Program-made: the position numbers and the translations under genes | The notes under the pieces: generated by a model | Seen by the model: only the letters and a program-made list of their open reading frames with translations | Told to the model about the DNA's origin: nothing | Database searches by the model: none | Source of the DNA: Mobula hypostoma | Lineage: Eukaryota | NCBI RefSeq assembly: GCF_963921235.1 | Contig: NC_086108.1 | Location: forward strand, 62,064,001 to 62,128,000 | Direction of reading: 5' to 3' | DNA length: 64,000 bases | In this document: positions 38,657 through 52,176 of the stretch, piece after piece | Layout: every line of letters starts with the position of its first letter | Numbering within the stretch: the first letter of the stretch is position 1

Positions 38657-40100
38657 CCATAAGACGTAGGAGCAGAATTAGGTCATCTGGCCCATCTAAT
38701 CTGCTCCGCCATTCAATCACGGCGGATCTTTTTTTCTTCTCCTCCTCAACCCCAGTTCCCGGCCTTTTCCCGGTAACCTTTGATGCCATGTCAAATCAAG
38801 AACCTATCAATCTCTGCACGAGGACTCCCAAGTCCCTTTGAACCTCAGGTTTTTGGATTTTCTCCCCATTTAGAAAATAGTCCGCACACTTATTTCTACT
38901 ACCAAAGTGCATGACCATGCATTTTCCAACATTGTATTTCATTTGCCACTTCCTTGCACATTCTCTTGATCTAAGTCCTTCTGTATCCTGCCTGTTTCCT
39001 CAACACTACCTGCCCCTCCACCAATCTTTGTATCACCTGAAAACTTGGCAACAAAGCCATCTATTCCATCTTCTAAATCACTTATATACAGCGTAAAGAA
39101 GTGGTCCCAACACTGACCCCTGCGGAACACCACTAGTCACTGACAGCCAACCAGAAAAGGATCCTTTTATTCCCACTCACTGCCTCCTACCAATCAGCTA
39201 ATGCTCTAACCATGTTAGTAACTTTCCTGTAATACCATGGGCTCTTAACTTGGTAAGCAGCCTCATGTGTGGCACCTTGTCAAAGGCCTTCGGAAAGTAA
39301 AAAATATACAAAACCCACTGACTCCCCTTTATCTATCCTACTTGAAACCTCCTCAAAAAATTCCAACGGGTCCATGAGGCAGGATTTTCTCTGAAGGAAA
39401 CCATGCTGACTTTGTACTATCTCGTCCTGTGTCACCAAGTACTCCATCACCTCATCCTTAACAATTGACTCTAACATCTTCCCAACCACTGAAGTCAGGT
39501 TAACTGGTCTATAATTTCTTTTCTGCTGCCTTCCTCCTTTCTTAAAGAGTGGAGTGACATTTGCAATTTTCCAGTCCTCTGGCAACATGCCAGAATCCAA
39601 TGATTTTTGAAAGATCATTTCTAATGCCACCACAGTCTCGAACACTACCTCTTTCAGAACCCTAGGGTGCAGCTCATCTGGACCAGGTGACTTGTGTACC
39701 TTTAGGTCTTTCAGCTTTTTGAGCACCTTCTCTCTTGTAATAGTAACTGCACCCACTTCTCTTCCTTCACACACTACCACATCTGGCATACTGCTTGTGT
39801 CTTCCACAGTGATACAAAATACTCATTTAGTTCATCAGTCATCTCCTTGTCCCCCGTTATTATTTGTCCTGCCTCATTTCCTAGTGGTCCTGTATCCACT
39901 CATTTCTCTTTTATTTTTAACATACTTGTAAAAACTTTTACTATCCTCTTTGATATTGTTTGCTAGCTTGCTTTCATGTTTCATCTTTTCCTTTCTAATG
40001 ATTTTTATAGTTGCTCTCTGTAGGTTTTTAAAAACTTATTAATCCTCTATCTCCCATTAATTTTTACTTTGTTGTATGCCTTTATATGTCCTAATTTTTG
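38657..40100 (-). mobile_element. CR1 LINE directly upstream of the OMA1 promoter
   Basis: KSPGPDELHPRVLKE, DWKIANVTPLFKKG, NYRPVNLTSVVGK, KFSGDTKIGG; CR1 3' tail. Confidence 0.92.
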
Positions 40101-40394
40101 CTTCGTTGTTACTGAGTAAATGTTGGCGGCACAATAACAATCAGCTGCAAGACTGTACGGTAGCTAATATTCCCACATTCTAAAAGGGCTGTGGTAATAA
40201 GCCAAGAAATTACAGGCCAGTAAGCTGTAATCAGTAGTAGGAAAACTACTGGAAAAAAATCTGAGGGATAGGATTTATGATCATAGGAGAGGCATGGACT
40301 GATTACATAGTCAGCATAGTTTTTGAACAGAGAAATACTACCTCAAAATCTGAGTGAACCTTTCAGAGGTTTTCTGAGAAGAAAAAAATAAATA

Positions 40395-41585
40395 GAGAGA
40401 GAGGGAAAGAGAGAGAGAGAGAGAACTTTATTGTCGTCGCTGACAAATTACTCCATTCAGTACAAAGCATCATAGTTGCAATTCAATGACTAAAAACAAA
40501 ATAACTACATTTAAAATAATGTTTTGGATTATTTAGAATGACAACTAAATTACAAATGAATTAAAAACAATTAAAATTAAAAGAAACAGTGGCTGTCCCT
40601 TCAAGTGCTGCATTTGCCTGTTATAAAATACAATGATTAAATATAAAATAGCATTGAGAATTAAAGCTGAGGTTTTAAAAAAAAGCTCTGAAATCAAAGG
40701 AAGGCAGCTGCCTCATTTAAACCCAAATATTGCACATACCATGTATTGCACGTAGATTACCCATAGTGCCTATGGACTATGGGTGGGCGTGGTGACATCA
40801 CTCACAATACGCTGGAGGAACTCAGCAGGTTGAGCAGAATCCGTGGAAATGATCAGTCAACATTTTGGGCCAGAACCCTTCGTCAGGACCGTAGAGGGAA
40901 GGGGCAGAGGCCCTATAAAGAAGGTGGGGGGAAGGTGGGAAGGAGAAGGCTGGTAGGTTCCAGGTGAAAAACCAGTAAGGGAAAAGACAAAGGCGGGGGG
41001 GGAGGGAAAGCAGGGAGGGGATAGGTAGGAAAGGTGAAGAAGGAATAGTGTAGTAGAAGGAGGCGGAACCATGAGGGAGGTAGTAGGCAGCTGGGGGGGG
41101 GCAGAGTGAAATAGGGATAGGGGAAGGGAGGGGGAGGTAATTACTGGAAGTTGGAGAAATCAATGTTCATACAAGGGGCGTGGTGATATTGTTCAGTTGC
41201 ACAACAGCCCTCAGGGAAGAAGGCTGTTTTTCACTCTGGATGGCTGCGCAGAGACGTTTGTGTAGATTGAACAGTTGATTACTGGACTGGGATGAATCTA
41301 TCACGATGTTGTGAGCCTGCCATAAATAGCGTGAGTTGTAGATGGTTTCCGTACCTGGTAGTTGTGTCTCAATGGTGTTCTGTGCAGTCCTGATCACTTG
41401 TTGACTACACAGAACATCACTGGGACACAACTACCAAATATGGAAAGCACCTACAAATCATGCTGTCTATGGTGGGGTTGTAACATTGTGATGGACTCAT
41501 CCCACCCCAGCAAGCAGCTGTTCAATCTCCTACTACCCAGCAGGAGATACAGAAACATCTCTGTACAGACATCCAGACTGAAAAA
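40395..41585 (-). mobile_element. Rex1-like LINE 3' part with an adjacent inverted related fragment; interrupted by Penelope
   Basis: Minus VIRTAQNTIETQLP..IY..R; plus-strand mirror at 41406-41585 (QNITGTQLP...SHPS..LF.LLLPSRRYR); (TC)n tail near 40400. Confidence 0.7.
40799..41175 (-). mobile_element. Penelope 3'UTR/pLTR fragment
   Basis: IDFSNF* end, degenerate hammerhead at ~40855-40890; 14-bp TSD GGGCGTGGTGA(C/T)AT at 40785-40798 and 41176-41189. Confidence 0.85.
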
Positions 41586-41594
41586 AAAGAATTG

Positions 41595-42780
41595 AAGGCA
41601 AGCTGGTAGATACGATATATATGGACTTTAACAAAGCTTTTGACAAGGTACTGCATGATAGGCTGGTTCAGAGAGTTCAAGCATATGGAATCCAAAGTGT
41701 TTTGGCAAACTGGATCCAAACTTGGCTTGTTGATAGAAGAAAGAGAGTAGTGGTGGAGGAATTTTTTTTGACTACAGAGATCAGTCTTGGGACCTTTGCT
41801 GTTTCTCATTTGTTTTAATGATTCGAATAAGAATGTGATATGAAATGGAGTTGTAGATTGCAAGGGTGGTTGCTAAATGATGGGGGAGGGGGAGGAAATC
41901 ATAGATCATCTGGAAAATTGAGCCAAACACAGTGGACAGAATTTAATCAACAGAAGAGTAATGCATTGAGTCATCTAATATTGGTTGGATGTACACAATA
42001 ACTGTCAGGCCTCCATACGTGCTGCCTGGCCTGCTGAGTTCCTCCAGCATTTTGTGGGGGTTACAGTGAAGCAGGAGTTAAGTTTGCTTGCCTTTGTTGG
42101 TAGGGATTTTGAGAATAAAAGTTGACACAAATTGCACCTACATAAGACAGTTTAGCCAACAACACACATAAAAGTTGCTGGTGAACGCAGCAGGCCAGGC
42201 AGCATCTATAGGAAGAGGTGCAGTCGACGTTTCAGGCCGAGACCCTTCGTCAGGACTAACTGAAGGAAGAGTGAGTAAGGGATTTGAAAGTTGGAGGGGG
42301 AGGGGGAGATCCAAAATGATAGGAGAAGACAGGAGGGGGAGGGATGGAGCCAAGAGCTGGACAGGTGATAGGCAAAAGGGATACGAGAGGATCATGGGAC
42401 AGGAGGTCCGGGAAGAAAGACAAGGGGCGGGGGACCCAGAGGATGGGCAAGGGGTATATTAGAGGGACAGAGGGAGAAAAAGGAGAGTGAGAGAAAGAAT
42501 GTGTGTATAAAAATAAGTAACAGATGGGGTACGAGGGGGAGGTGGGGCACCAGCGGAAGTTAGAGAACTCCAGTTTAGGCAACACTTGGATTATAGTGTG
42601 CAGTTCTGATCACCACACTAAAGGTAGGATGAGGTGGTGCTAGAGAGAGTGCAGAGGAGATTCATTGGGATGTTGCTGGGAATAGAGGGTGTTAGTTATA
42701 ATAAATGTTTGGACAGGTAGCAATTGTTCTCGCTATAACTTGGGAGGCTGAGGGGTTATAAAGTTCTGAGGGACATGATG
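41595..42780 (+). mobile_element. CR1 fragment interrupted by Penelope
   Basis: MDFNKAFDKVLHDRL; later L.Y.VQF.SPH..KD...LERVQRRF. Confidence 0.8.
42162..42570 (-). mobile_element. Young Penelope 3'UTR/pLTR copy with intact hammerhead (42222-42257)
   Basis: Nearly identical to 10361-10770; TSD CAGTTTAG(C/G)CAACA at 42148-42161 and 42571-42584. Confidence 0.9.
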
Positions 42781-43130
42781 GAAGGTATGACTGAATTTGG
42801 GGTACAGGTCAGACAAAATGTTGTCTGTTCCCAGATATTTTGCTGAATCCAGTTCTGCCAGTGTTATCATATGGAGTGAATTGTTTCAGATAGTCATTCC
42901 TGGTAGTTTATGCCTATATGATACTCACTTGTACAAGCTGAAGCCTGAATATTGCGGTTGTTTTGCTGTGTGCAGGCTTGCACTGTTACATTTGCTGAGG
43001 CTCGAAAGGCCCTGAATATAATGCAGTCATCAGTGAGCATCTCCCATCTTCACTTTGGGCATTGCCTTCAGGAACACCTGCAGTAACATCCTGGGTCTGG
43101 GACGACTGACTTCCAACAACTAAATTCACT

Positions 43131-44132
43131 AATATGAGAAATTCCGCAGATGCTGGAAATCCAGAGCAACAAACACAAAATGCCAGAGGAACGCAGCAGG
43201 TCAGGCAGCATCCATGGAAATGAAATTGACATTTCAGGCCAAGATCCTTATTCAAAACTGGAAAGGAAGGCGAAAATACCAGAATAAGAAGGTGGGGAGG
43301 GGAAGGAGGATTAGCTAGAAGGTGACAGGTGAAACCAGGTGGGTAAGAAAGGTAAAAAGCTGGAGAGGAAGAAATCCAATAGGAGATGAGAGTGGACCAG
43401 AGAAGAAAGGGAAGGAGGGGAGAAGAGGTAAGGGGCCAGAGTGTTGAACAGAAAAGAGGGAAGGGGAGAGAAAATTTGTTTGCTCGGGGAAATAATAGTC
43501 ATGCCATCAGGTTGGAGGCTACCCAGACGGAATATACTGTGTTGCTCCTCCACCCTGAGAGTTGCCTCTTCATGGCTCAAGAGGCGGCCATGGACCGATA
43601 TGTAGGAATAGGAATGAGAAACAGAATTAACATGTTTGTCACCAGGAAATTTTGCATTTGTCGGACGGAGCAGAGGTGCTCGATGAAACAGTCCCCTAGT
43701 TTACCATAGATCTCACTCATGTAGAGGCTATATCAGGAGCACCAGACACAATAGATGACCCCAGCAGATTTGCTGGTGAAGTGCTGCCTCACCTGGAAGG
43801 AATGTTCAGGGGCCTGAATGGAGGTACTGGAGGAGGTGAATGGGCTGGGCTAATACTTTGGTCACTTGCAGGGATGTGCCAGGAGGGAGATTAGTGGGGA
43901 GGGATGAATAGGCAAGGGAATCAGGGAGGGAGCGATCCCTGCATAAAGTGGAGAGAGGGGGATGTAACAATATGTTTGGTGGTAGGATTCCTTTGAAGTT
44001 GGCATTTTATGGAGAATGATGTGTTGGTTGCGGCTGCAGGGATAAGTGCTGGGAGAGAGAATAGCAGAGATGGACAAATGGGCAAGGGAATCACTTGCAG
44101 GGTTAAGTACTGGGAGAGATTAGTAGGAACCC
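43131..44132 (-). mobile_element. Penelope 3' fragment (older subfamily)
   Basis: EATLRVEEQH.IFRLGSLQPDGM; TSD AATTCACT at 43123-43130 and 44133-44140. Confidence 0.85.
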
Positions 44133-44733
44133 AATTCACTTAACATTAGATGAGCTAATGATGCCAATGATTGGAGCGTTTTCCCTTCATGCTAGTTGTC
44201 TTCAGTTGAACATGGACTTTTTGAAATAGCAACTTCATACCACTTCTGGAATTCAGCTCTTTGGTCCACATTTGCAATGCTTCACAATGGTTGAGCAGTC
44301 CAGCTTCCAAAAAAAAGGCACTGCCTTGAGGGACTGGGAATAGCTCCACAGATGTCTCAGGGTGACAGCATTTCTGTTGATGGAAAGGCACTCTGCCAGC
44401 CTGTCAGTCATTCTCAGGATCCTGTCCCAGGCCCTACCTCTGACTGTAGCCCACACTGTCAGCAGAGATTGCTGCTCCTCAGAATAAAATGTCTCTAATA
44501 GAGCCCTCTTGAACAACCTATCGTCATCTCCAACACAACCTACAGTCTCCATAGTGTTCCACCAGCCATGTTGCAGCTGCTGTGTAGCAAGGCATACTGT
44601 AGTCATCCTAAGCCCCTGGATGCACACCCCCTTCTGGCCAGAAACGGAGGCAGAAAACATACAATACTGACAATGACCTATTTGCATAGCCAGGTAAGTC
44701 TAATATCTGTTTAAGGTTGCCAGTGCAATATTG

Positions 44734-45240
44734 GCACAAGATACTCTGCAGACACTCGAAGTTTGAGCAACATATACAAAATGCTGGAGGAATTCAGTGA
44801 GTCAGGCAACATCTATGGAGGAAAACAGTCCAGACTAGAAAGGAAGGGGGCAGAAGATAGAATAAGAAGGTGAGGGGAGGGGGAGGAGCACAAGCTGGTT
44901 GATGTCAGGTGATATCAGGGATCAGGAAAATGGGTGGCTGGGAGAAAGGGGATGATGTAAGAAGCTGGGAAGTGATAGGTAGAAGAGATACATAAACAGC
45001 TGAAGAAGGAGGCATCTAATAGGAGAGGACAGTGGAATAAAGGGGAGGTGAGGCACTGGAGGGAAATGGTAGCCCCCCCCCTCACCTTTCAAAGGGTATT
45101 CTTCCCCTCCCCAACCTTATTCTGCCTTCTGCCACTTCCTTTCTAGTCCAGATGAAGATTCTCATCCCAAAATGTCCACTGTTCATTTCCTTCTATTGAT
45201 ACTGAGCTTCTGATTACCTCCAGCATTTTGTGTACGTTGT
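44734..45240. mobile_element. Fold-back Penelope element (pLTR + inverted pLTR)
   Basis: Opposed pLTR arms; imperfect 14-bp TSD CCA(G/A)TGCAA(T/G)ATTG at 44720-44733 and 45241-45254. Confidence 0.78.
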
Positions 45241-46393
45241 CCAATGCAAGATTGTTTGACCATAATGCAGTGAAATTGGACTACTGCACCAAATGATACC
45301 AAAAATATACCTTTTGAATTTAGTTAGCAAGTAGGACTAATAGAAGAGGAAAAGGCAAAATGTACTCCTATACAGTATGCAGAATAAGTTTTCTGTGTAA
45401 GTGTAAAGCTGCAAAGGCAATTATACCCAATTTTATAAAAGCAAGAGTGCCTCGCTCCAGAGGCATTCTGTAAAAAATACAAATCCTCTCTTCTACTAAA
45501 TGCCAAGTTCAGGCTCATGACTTTTCAGGTGCTGTTTATTCCTCTTTCATTCCTCCAGTCTTTCTTTAGCTTTGATACTGTACAACATGTTTTCTTATTT
45601 AATTACAAGAAAGCAAGGGGATTGATTACAAAGAATACGAGAATACAAAGAATCCTTCGGCAATTTGTGATAAAGACGCATGGTGTGCAAAGTTGCTGCA
45701 TAACTTCCACTGGTCCGCCACTGGTTACTGAAAACATCATCTTGCACCAACTTAACTACTGGGTTTCATCTGATTTGGTAGTTACATATTAACTGGTTAT
45801 TAAGTTCACTATAGGAGGATGTTAGGGAATTAATAAACAAGTACTGTACACTTTCAATGTAGTGATATTTGTAATTACTAATTAACTTCTTCTAACTCAG
45901 AAATAAATAATTCAAATATGGAGTCTTGCTTTCCTTTACTGAAAAAAGTCAGCTTTTGCTCTACCTGATTTAACATGGAGCTCATCCGTTGCCTTTCTCT
46001 TCCCATGTTTATTTTTCAATTCTTATCTTTAACGAGTTAAGAAATCTTCCATTATTCACGAAGATCCCAGTTGTCATTGTGAGTTCACAATTCTACTATC
46101 TCAAAACATTTTTTTAGATAAAATTTCAACAACAATTCAAGATTTTGCGAAGTCCTGGTGCAGCAAATTTTTAGCGCAGCATGTTTCGCTAAAGATTAAT
46201 TATATTAAGAAAACTTAATTTAAACAGTTTAACAATTATCAAACATTTTTAAAAATCCCGCATTTTGTTTTTATTGATACAAATATTCATATCAGGGATA
46301 ATACTGTATATACAGACAACAAACTTTGCTTATTGAATACTCACAATGCACTGGAGGAACTCAGCAGGTCAGTCAGCATCAGTTGAAAAGATT

Positions 46394-46429
46394 AGTCGAC
46401 GTTTCGGGCCGAAACCCTTCGTCAGGACG
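46394..46429 (-). ncRNA. Hammerhead ribozyme motif
   Basis: GUC CUGACGA A GGGU UUCG GCCC GAA ACGU C/GAC; UUCG-capped stem II. Confidence 0.82.
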
Positions 46430-47901
46430 GAAGGAGGAACTTTGGGGAGGGTTTGAAGAATGCTGGTAGTCGAAAAAAACAGTAATTTTAAAGACAAAGT
46501 GGTGGGGGAGGGGAAGCGGGGAGGTGATTGGCAGGAGAACAATGCGAAGTAGTAGAAGGAGGCGGAACTATGAGGGAGGTGATGTGAAAAAGGGATAGAG
46601 GAAAGGGGGGGGGGTGGGAATTACTGGAAGTTGGAGAATTCTATGTTCACACCAAGGGGCTGGAGACTACCTAGACAGTATATGAGGTGTTGCTCCTCCA
46701 ACCTGAGTTGAGCCTCATCATGGCAGTAGAGGAGGCCATGTATGGACATATCTGAATGGGAATGGGAAGCAGAGTTGAAGTGGGTGGCAACCGAGAGATC
46801 CTGTCTGTTGTGGCGGATGGAGGAGAGGGGAGGTGCTCGACGAAGCGGTCCCCCAATCTGTGTCGGGTTTCACTGATGTAGAGGAGGCCACACCGGGAGC
46901 ACCGGATGCAATAGATGACCCCAACAGATTTGCAAGTGAATTGTTGCCTCACCTGGAAGGACTGTTTGGAGCCCTGAATGGTGACAAGAGAGGAGGTGTA
47001 GGGACAGGTGTAGCACTTACGCTTACAGGGATGTGCCGGCTGGGAGATCTGTGGGGATGGACTTGCGGATAAGTGAGTTGCGGAGGGATCGATCCCTGCG
47101 GAAAGCAGAGAGGGGTGGAGAGGGAAAGATGTGCTTAGTGGTGGGGCCCTGTTGAAGGTGGTGAAAGTTGCGGAGGATAACGTGCTGGATCCGGAGGCTG
47201 GTGGGGTGGTAGGTGAGGACAAGGGGAACTCTGTCCCTGTTGTGGTGGCGGGAAGATGGGGTGAGGGCTGAAGTGCGGGAAATGGAGGAGATGCGGGTGA
47301 GGGCATCATTGATCACCGTAGAAGGGAAACCACGATCCTTAAAGAAAGAGGACACTTGAGATGTCCTGGAACGGAAAGCCTCATCCTGGGAGCAGATGCG
47401 GTGGAGATGGAGAAACTGGGAACAGGGAATGGCATTTTTGCATGTGGTGGGGTGGGAAGAGGTATAGTCGAGGTAGTTATGAGAGTCAGTGGGCTTGTAG
47501 AAGATGTCAGTGGACAGTCTGTCTCCAGAGATGGAGACTGAGACATCGAGAAAGGGGAGAGAAGTGTCAGAGATAGACCAATTGAATTTGAGGGCTGGGT
47601 GGAAGTTTGAAGTAAAGTCGATGAAATTGACGAGCTCAGCATGGGTGCAGGAAGCAGCACCAATGTATCGAAGGGAAAGTTGGGGAGCAGTACCAGAATA
47701 GGTTTGGAGCACAGACTGTTCCACATAACCAACGAAGAGGCAGGCGTAGCTGGGTCCCATGTGAGTTCCCATAGCTACACCCTTAGTCTGAAGAAAGTGG
47801 GAAGAGCCACCCTGCTTCCCCTCCCCCACCCCTTTGTCTTTAAAATTACTGTTTTTTTCAACTACCAGCATTCTTCAAACCCTCCACAAAGTTCTTCCTT
47901 C

Positions 47902-47937
47902 AGTCCTGATGAAGGGTTTCGGCCCGAAACGTCGACT
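47902..47937 (+). ncRNA. Hammerhead ribozyme motif
   Basis: AGUC CUGAUGA A GGGU UUCG GCCC GAA ACGU C/GACU; predicted cut after C47933. Confidence 0.85.
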
Positions 47938-49109
47938 AATCTTTTCAATTGATGCTGACTGACCTGCTGAGTTCCTCCAGCACATTGTGAGTGTTCCTTT
48001 GACAACAGCATCTGCAGATTATTTCGTGTTAAACTTTGCTTATTGGCAGTAAGTGTAGCTTGATACAATACATAAACCAAACAGGTAGAAAACAGCATTC
48101 CTGTACAAAATTGATTTATTAATACTGTAGTTTAAACATTTTAACTCTTCAATTCTTTAATTACAACATGAAACTGCAACAAGCAAGATTACACAACCTT
48201 TCCTAAGTCAAAGAGCAGTGCACAAATATGATCACATATGCTGTATATACTTTTGATTTCAACCTCACAAATGGTCAAATATTTTAACTATGAAAAATAC
48301 AGACATTGTTCTAGAAAAATATGTACAGTATGCTACCATGCAGTAATATTGTCAATACATTTATTGTACTTTGATTTTAACTAAATCTATACATTGCAAC
48401 TTATGAGAAACTGAAAGGTAAGAGACATAGACGAATGCAGAGTATCCATGAACCATGTATCATATAATTTGAAGCACGGGAATAAACAATAAGTTGTAGC
48501 TGATGGTCCAACTTGATTTACCATCACCTATTTTCAGAGCAACTCTCTGAAATTATTGCCTTGAGTTAAAAGAAAATCAGTTCAAGATGTCTCAAAACTT
48601 TGGGATCTTTCAACCTGCATTGGCTCAAGCTATGACCAAATACCTTCCAAGTAGCTCACTTAATGTCATCTGCAAAGGTACTGAAATACTAATTCCTTGT
48701 TTTATTAATTGTTATATCTTTATACGTCCCATTTCTTAATTTACTCTTGGAGAATAAGAGTACATAATTCTCATGAAGGCACCAAGAACCTGGGACTGTG
48801 CCAGAGTGGTTTTGAGCATTGTTAAACATCAGTAAGCTATTTAAAATTGTTGAATTATCCTATAGTAGTATTTTGGGTTATCTCAGATTTATAATTTAAA
48901 TATGCCTCAATTTAAATATGCAGCATATACAAAACGGTTCAAAGAGATCAGAAGAACTAGGAATTTTAAGAATTTAACATAAGTTTCTGAAGTTAAACGA
49001 CAAGAGCAAACCTTGAATTGCTCATGTAGTTTTTGATCTGTGAGATCATGCTGCATTATGCAAAACAATCACAAAAATATGAAGGTATTTTTATTGTTTA
49101 TTCAAAAGA

Positions 49110-49610
49110 TGTAAAGATGTAAATAAGGTTGAAAGAGTACAGAGAAAATTTACAAGGATGTTGCTCGGACTGGAGGACACAAGTTATAAGGAAAGATTGA
49201 ATAGGTTAGGGCTATATTCCTTGAAATGTAGAAGACTTGTGGGGGGGGGAGATTTGTTAAAGGCATAAACAATTATGAAGGGTTAATATAGCATAAATGC
49301 AAGCAGGCTTTTTCACTGAGGTTGGGTGGGACTACAATCAGAAAACGGGTTAAGATGAGAAATTTAAGGGGAACGTGAGGGGAGACTTCTTCATTCAGAG
49401 GATCGTGAGAGTGTGGAACGTACTGCCAGTGCAAGGGGTGCATGCAAGCTTAATTTCAACGTTGAAGAGAAGTTAGAAAAGGCACATGGATGGTAGGGGT
49501 ATGGAAGGCTATGGTCCCAGTGCAGGTCTATAGGAAGAGGCAGTGCAGGTCTAGAGGAAGATCGGCTGAAGGGCCAGTTTCTGTGTTGCACCTTTCAATA
49601 ACTCTAAATA
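49110..49610 (+). mobile_element. CR1 3' end
   Basis: ERVQRKFTRML.GLED.SYKERL.RLGLYSL; CR1 terminal sequence. Confidence 0.82.
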
Positions 49611-51983
49611 GAATAAACAGAACCTGTTTTACTTCAATTCCTTGTGAACCAAATGGAAACAAAGCTGCTTCTTTCAACATCTGTGGAAGTTAATCTGATT
49701 TTTTTAATGTTGCAAAATGCACCTGTCACAAAATAATTCACTTTTATATTTCCCATGCAGTTTTGATTTGAATTGTTTACATTACATAAGGAATATGACT
49801 ATAAATTCCTTCATTTTTAAATTGGCAACATTTATACATTTACACATCATGAAAATGTTTGATAAAGTACATTATCACTAACATAAAAAGTCAATCTTTT
49901 ATTTCTTTGTACAGTCCAAGTCCATCAAAGACAGATACAATGAACTTCCTTTCAGTTTCCAACACAAATACACTGCAAACCTGGGAAAAGAGCTGGATTT
50001 TTTTTAAAAAGCACCAAAAATGTTGGTTCCTGTATGTTACTGGGAGGAAAATGTGGACTCTTACAAAAACTACGACTTCCACGCTGTCTTAATGTAGCTA
50101 CTGATGTACAAATAGAACTGAAGACTTTTACTGTTGAAAATTTCTGTGTTCTTGGTTCCTCAGATTAGCATATTTTTGAAGGTCAGTAAACTCATTGTCA
50201 AGATAAAATAAAATATTTGGAGCAATGGATGACAGAATCATTTGTTGATTAGGATGACCTCTTATAAAGTTTTATTCTGAAAAATTATATTATTTTGATT
50301 ATTAGCACTACATGTTGCTGGATGTTCCAATCAAAACACTGAAGACGTTCCATGCTCACCAATAAACTGCACCAAAAATAAAACAAAATGCAGTTTTCTT
50401 GTTGTCACTCTCATGCTTTCTTTAGATTTTAGAAGAAGCCCGGAGAAGATCTAATCTTTACATACATGAGATTTTGTTATGGAGAAACAATGGACTGCAG
50501 GTGTTGGAATCAGAAGCAACAACTAACTGCTGCAGGAACTCAGTAGCTCAAACAACATTAGAGGGGGTAGGAGGTGGGGAAGGAATTGCTGACGTTACAG
50601 GTATCACGACTGTATACAAATTGTTATAACTGCAACAAAGGGCATTTGCTCACTCCAGTCATCTTTGTTATATAAAATGTCATGATTTCTTAATTTAGAA
50701 GAGTAGTCCAAGTTACATAGAAACATAGAAAACCTACAGCACAATACAGGCCTTTCGGCCCACAAAGTTGTGCCAAACATATACTTAGAAATTACATAGG
50801 GTTCCCCATAGCTGTCTATTTTTCTAAGCTCCATGTACCTATCCAGGAGTCTCTTAAAAGACCCTGGATAGTTTTCTGTACAAGATGACCAAATGAAGAC
50901 CTATCACCATGGTTCTCATACCAAAAATGTAATTAAACAGATAACGAATGTGAAGAATTTTCTCTCACATGACCTAAAATAAACATGGAATCGTCAACTT
51001 CCTGATTCTAAAACTTGCTTCCAAGTTATAATAATTCATATAGATTCCAGTAATCTAAGGAATTTCCTAATGAGCAGTAATAAAATCACAGGATCCTAAA
51101 ATGCAATCTCTAAGCCAATTGCTTAGAAGTTACATTATCTTTAATTTGCATTGTGGTTGTTTCTTTGAAGGCAGCAAATGTCTGTGTTAACAACTGTGAC
51201 AGAATTGCTACAGTTATACCAAGAAAATACACTACTAGTTTATGTGATTTCCATTGATGACTACTTTATCTGCCTCATAAAGCAGTTACCTCGACCAGGA
51301 GTATTAAAGATGCATCCAACACCATGGGACACCTAAAATATTCTTAAATTTCCAGGGAACGCTCTCTCAGCCATTGCAAACACTAATACAATGTTATATA
51401 CAATATTTAATACTTTACATGGTGCAAGGGGTTTCGACTATTTTGCAATAACTGGTTTCAACTGAGTTTATCAATAAATTGTTAATCCAACCATAGATTC
51501 AACACCTGACTTTGGTATCAAACACTTTCTATGCAGTCTGCCATATTTATTATTTCAACTGTTACTTCCATCTTAACCCTGAAACTATGAATATCCTTTG
51601 ACATTATTGCAAATAGTATTCTCCATTCTTCTTAAAACACAGAAGTAGGAGGAAAACTAAGTAGCATCATGACTATTTATGGTTTTAGGGAAACATATAG
51701 GAAAGATGATCAGTTCTGAATAAGCACTTAACTGCCACTTCAGATCAGTATCTAAATAATGAAATAAAACATGCACTTCTGCTCACAGTTCAGATTTCAG
51801 GAACAGGAGTCCACATGTCACTGTATTAGCTAAAATCTGAGGCTTATAAGCCAGATGTCACATATTATATTTCAAAACAATACCTTTGGTCTGGCATTGC
51901 AAGAGAAAATGATGCTGTTTAGAGCATAGCAGAAAAACTGGATTGCTGCACAGAACCTTTCTGGAAATGCTCCTTAAACTCTT

Positions 51984-52176
51984 TATCAACACAAGTGAAT
52001 CTGTAAATGCTGGACGTCCAGGGTGACACATACAGAAGGGCAGCATCTATGGAAAGAATAAACAGTCGATGTTTCAAGTCCTGATGAAGGGTCCAGGCCG
52101 GAAATGTTGAATATTTATTGTTTTTCATAGATTCTGCCTGGCCTGCTGTTCCTCCAGTATTTTGTTTGTGTTACTG
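51984..52176. mobile_element. Fold-back pLTR mini-element downstream of the MYSM1 stop
   Basis: Opposed arms around CTGATGAAGGG..GAAA (52081-52104); perfect 10-bp TSD TTAAACTCTT at 51974-51983 and 52177-52186. Confidence 0.82.

Larger units (their letters stand above)
46336..48030 (-). mobile_element. 5'-truncated Penelope element with an inverted pLTR copy at its 5' end
   Basis: QTKGVAMGTHMGPSYA...GIY-YIG; 46338-46520 is inverted at 47810-47994; perfect 15-bp TSD AAACTTTGCTTATTG at 46321-46335 and 48031-48045. Confidence 0.93.
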
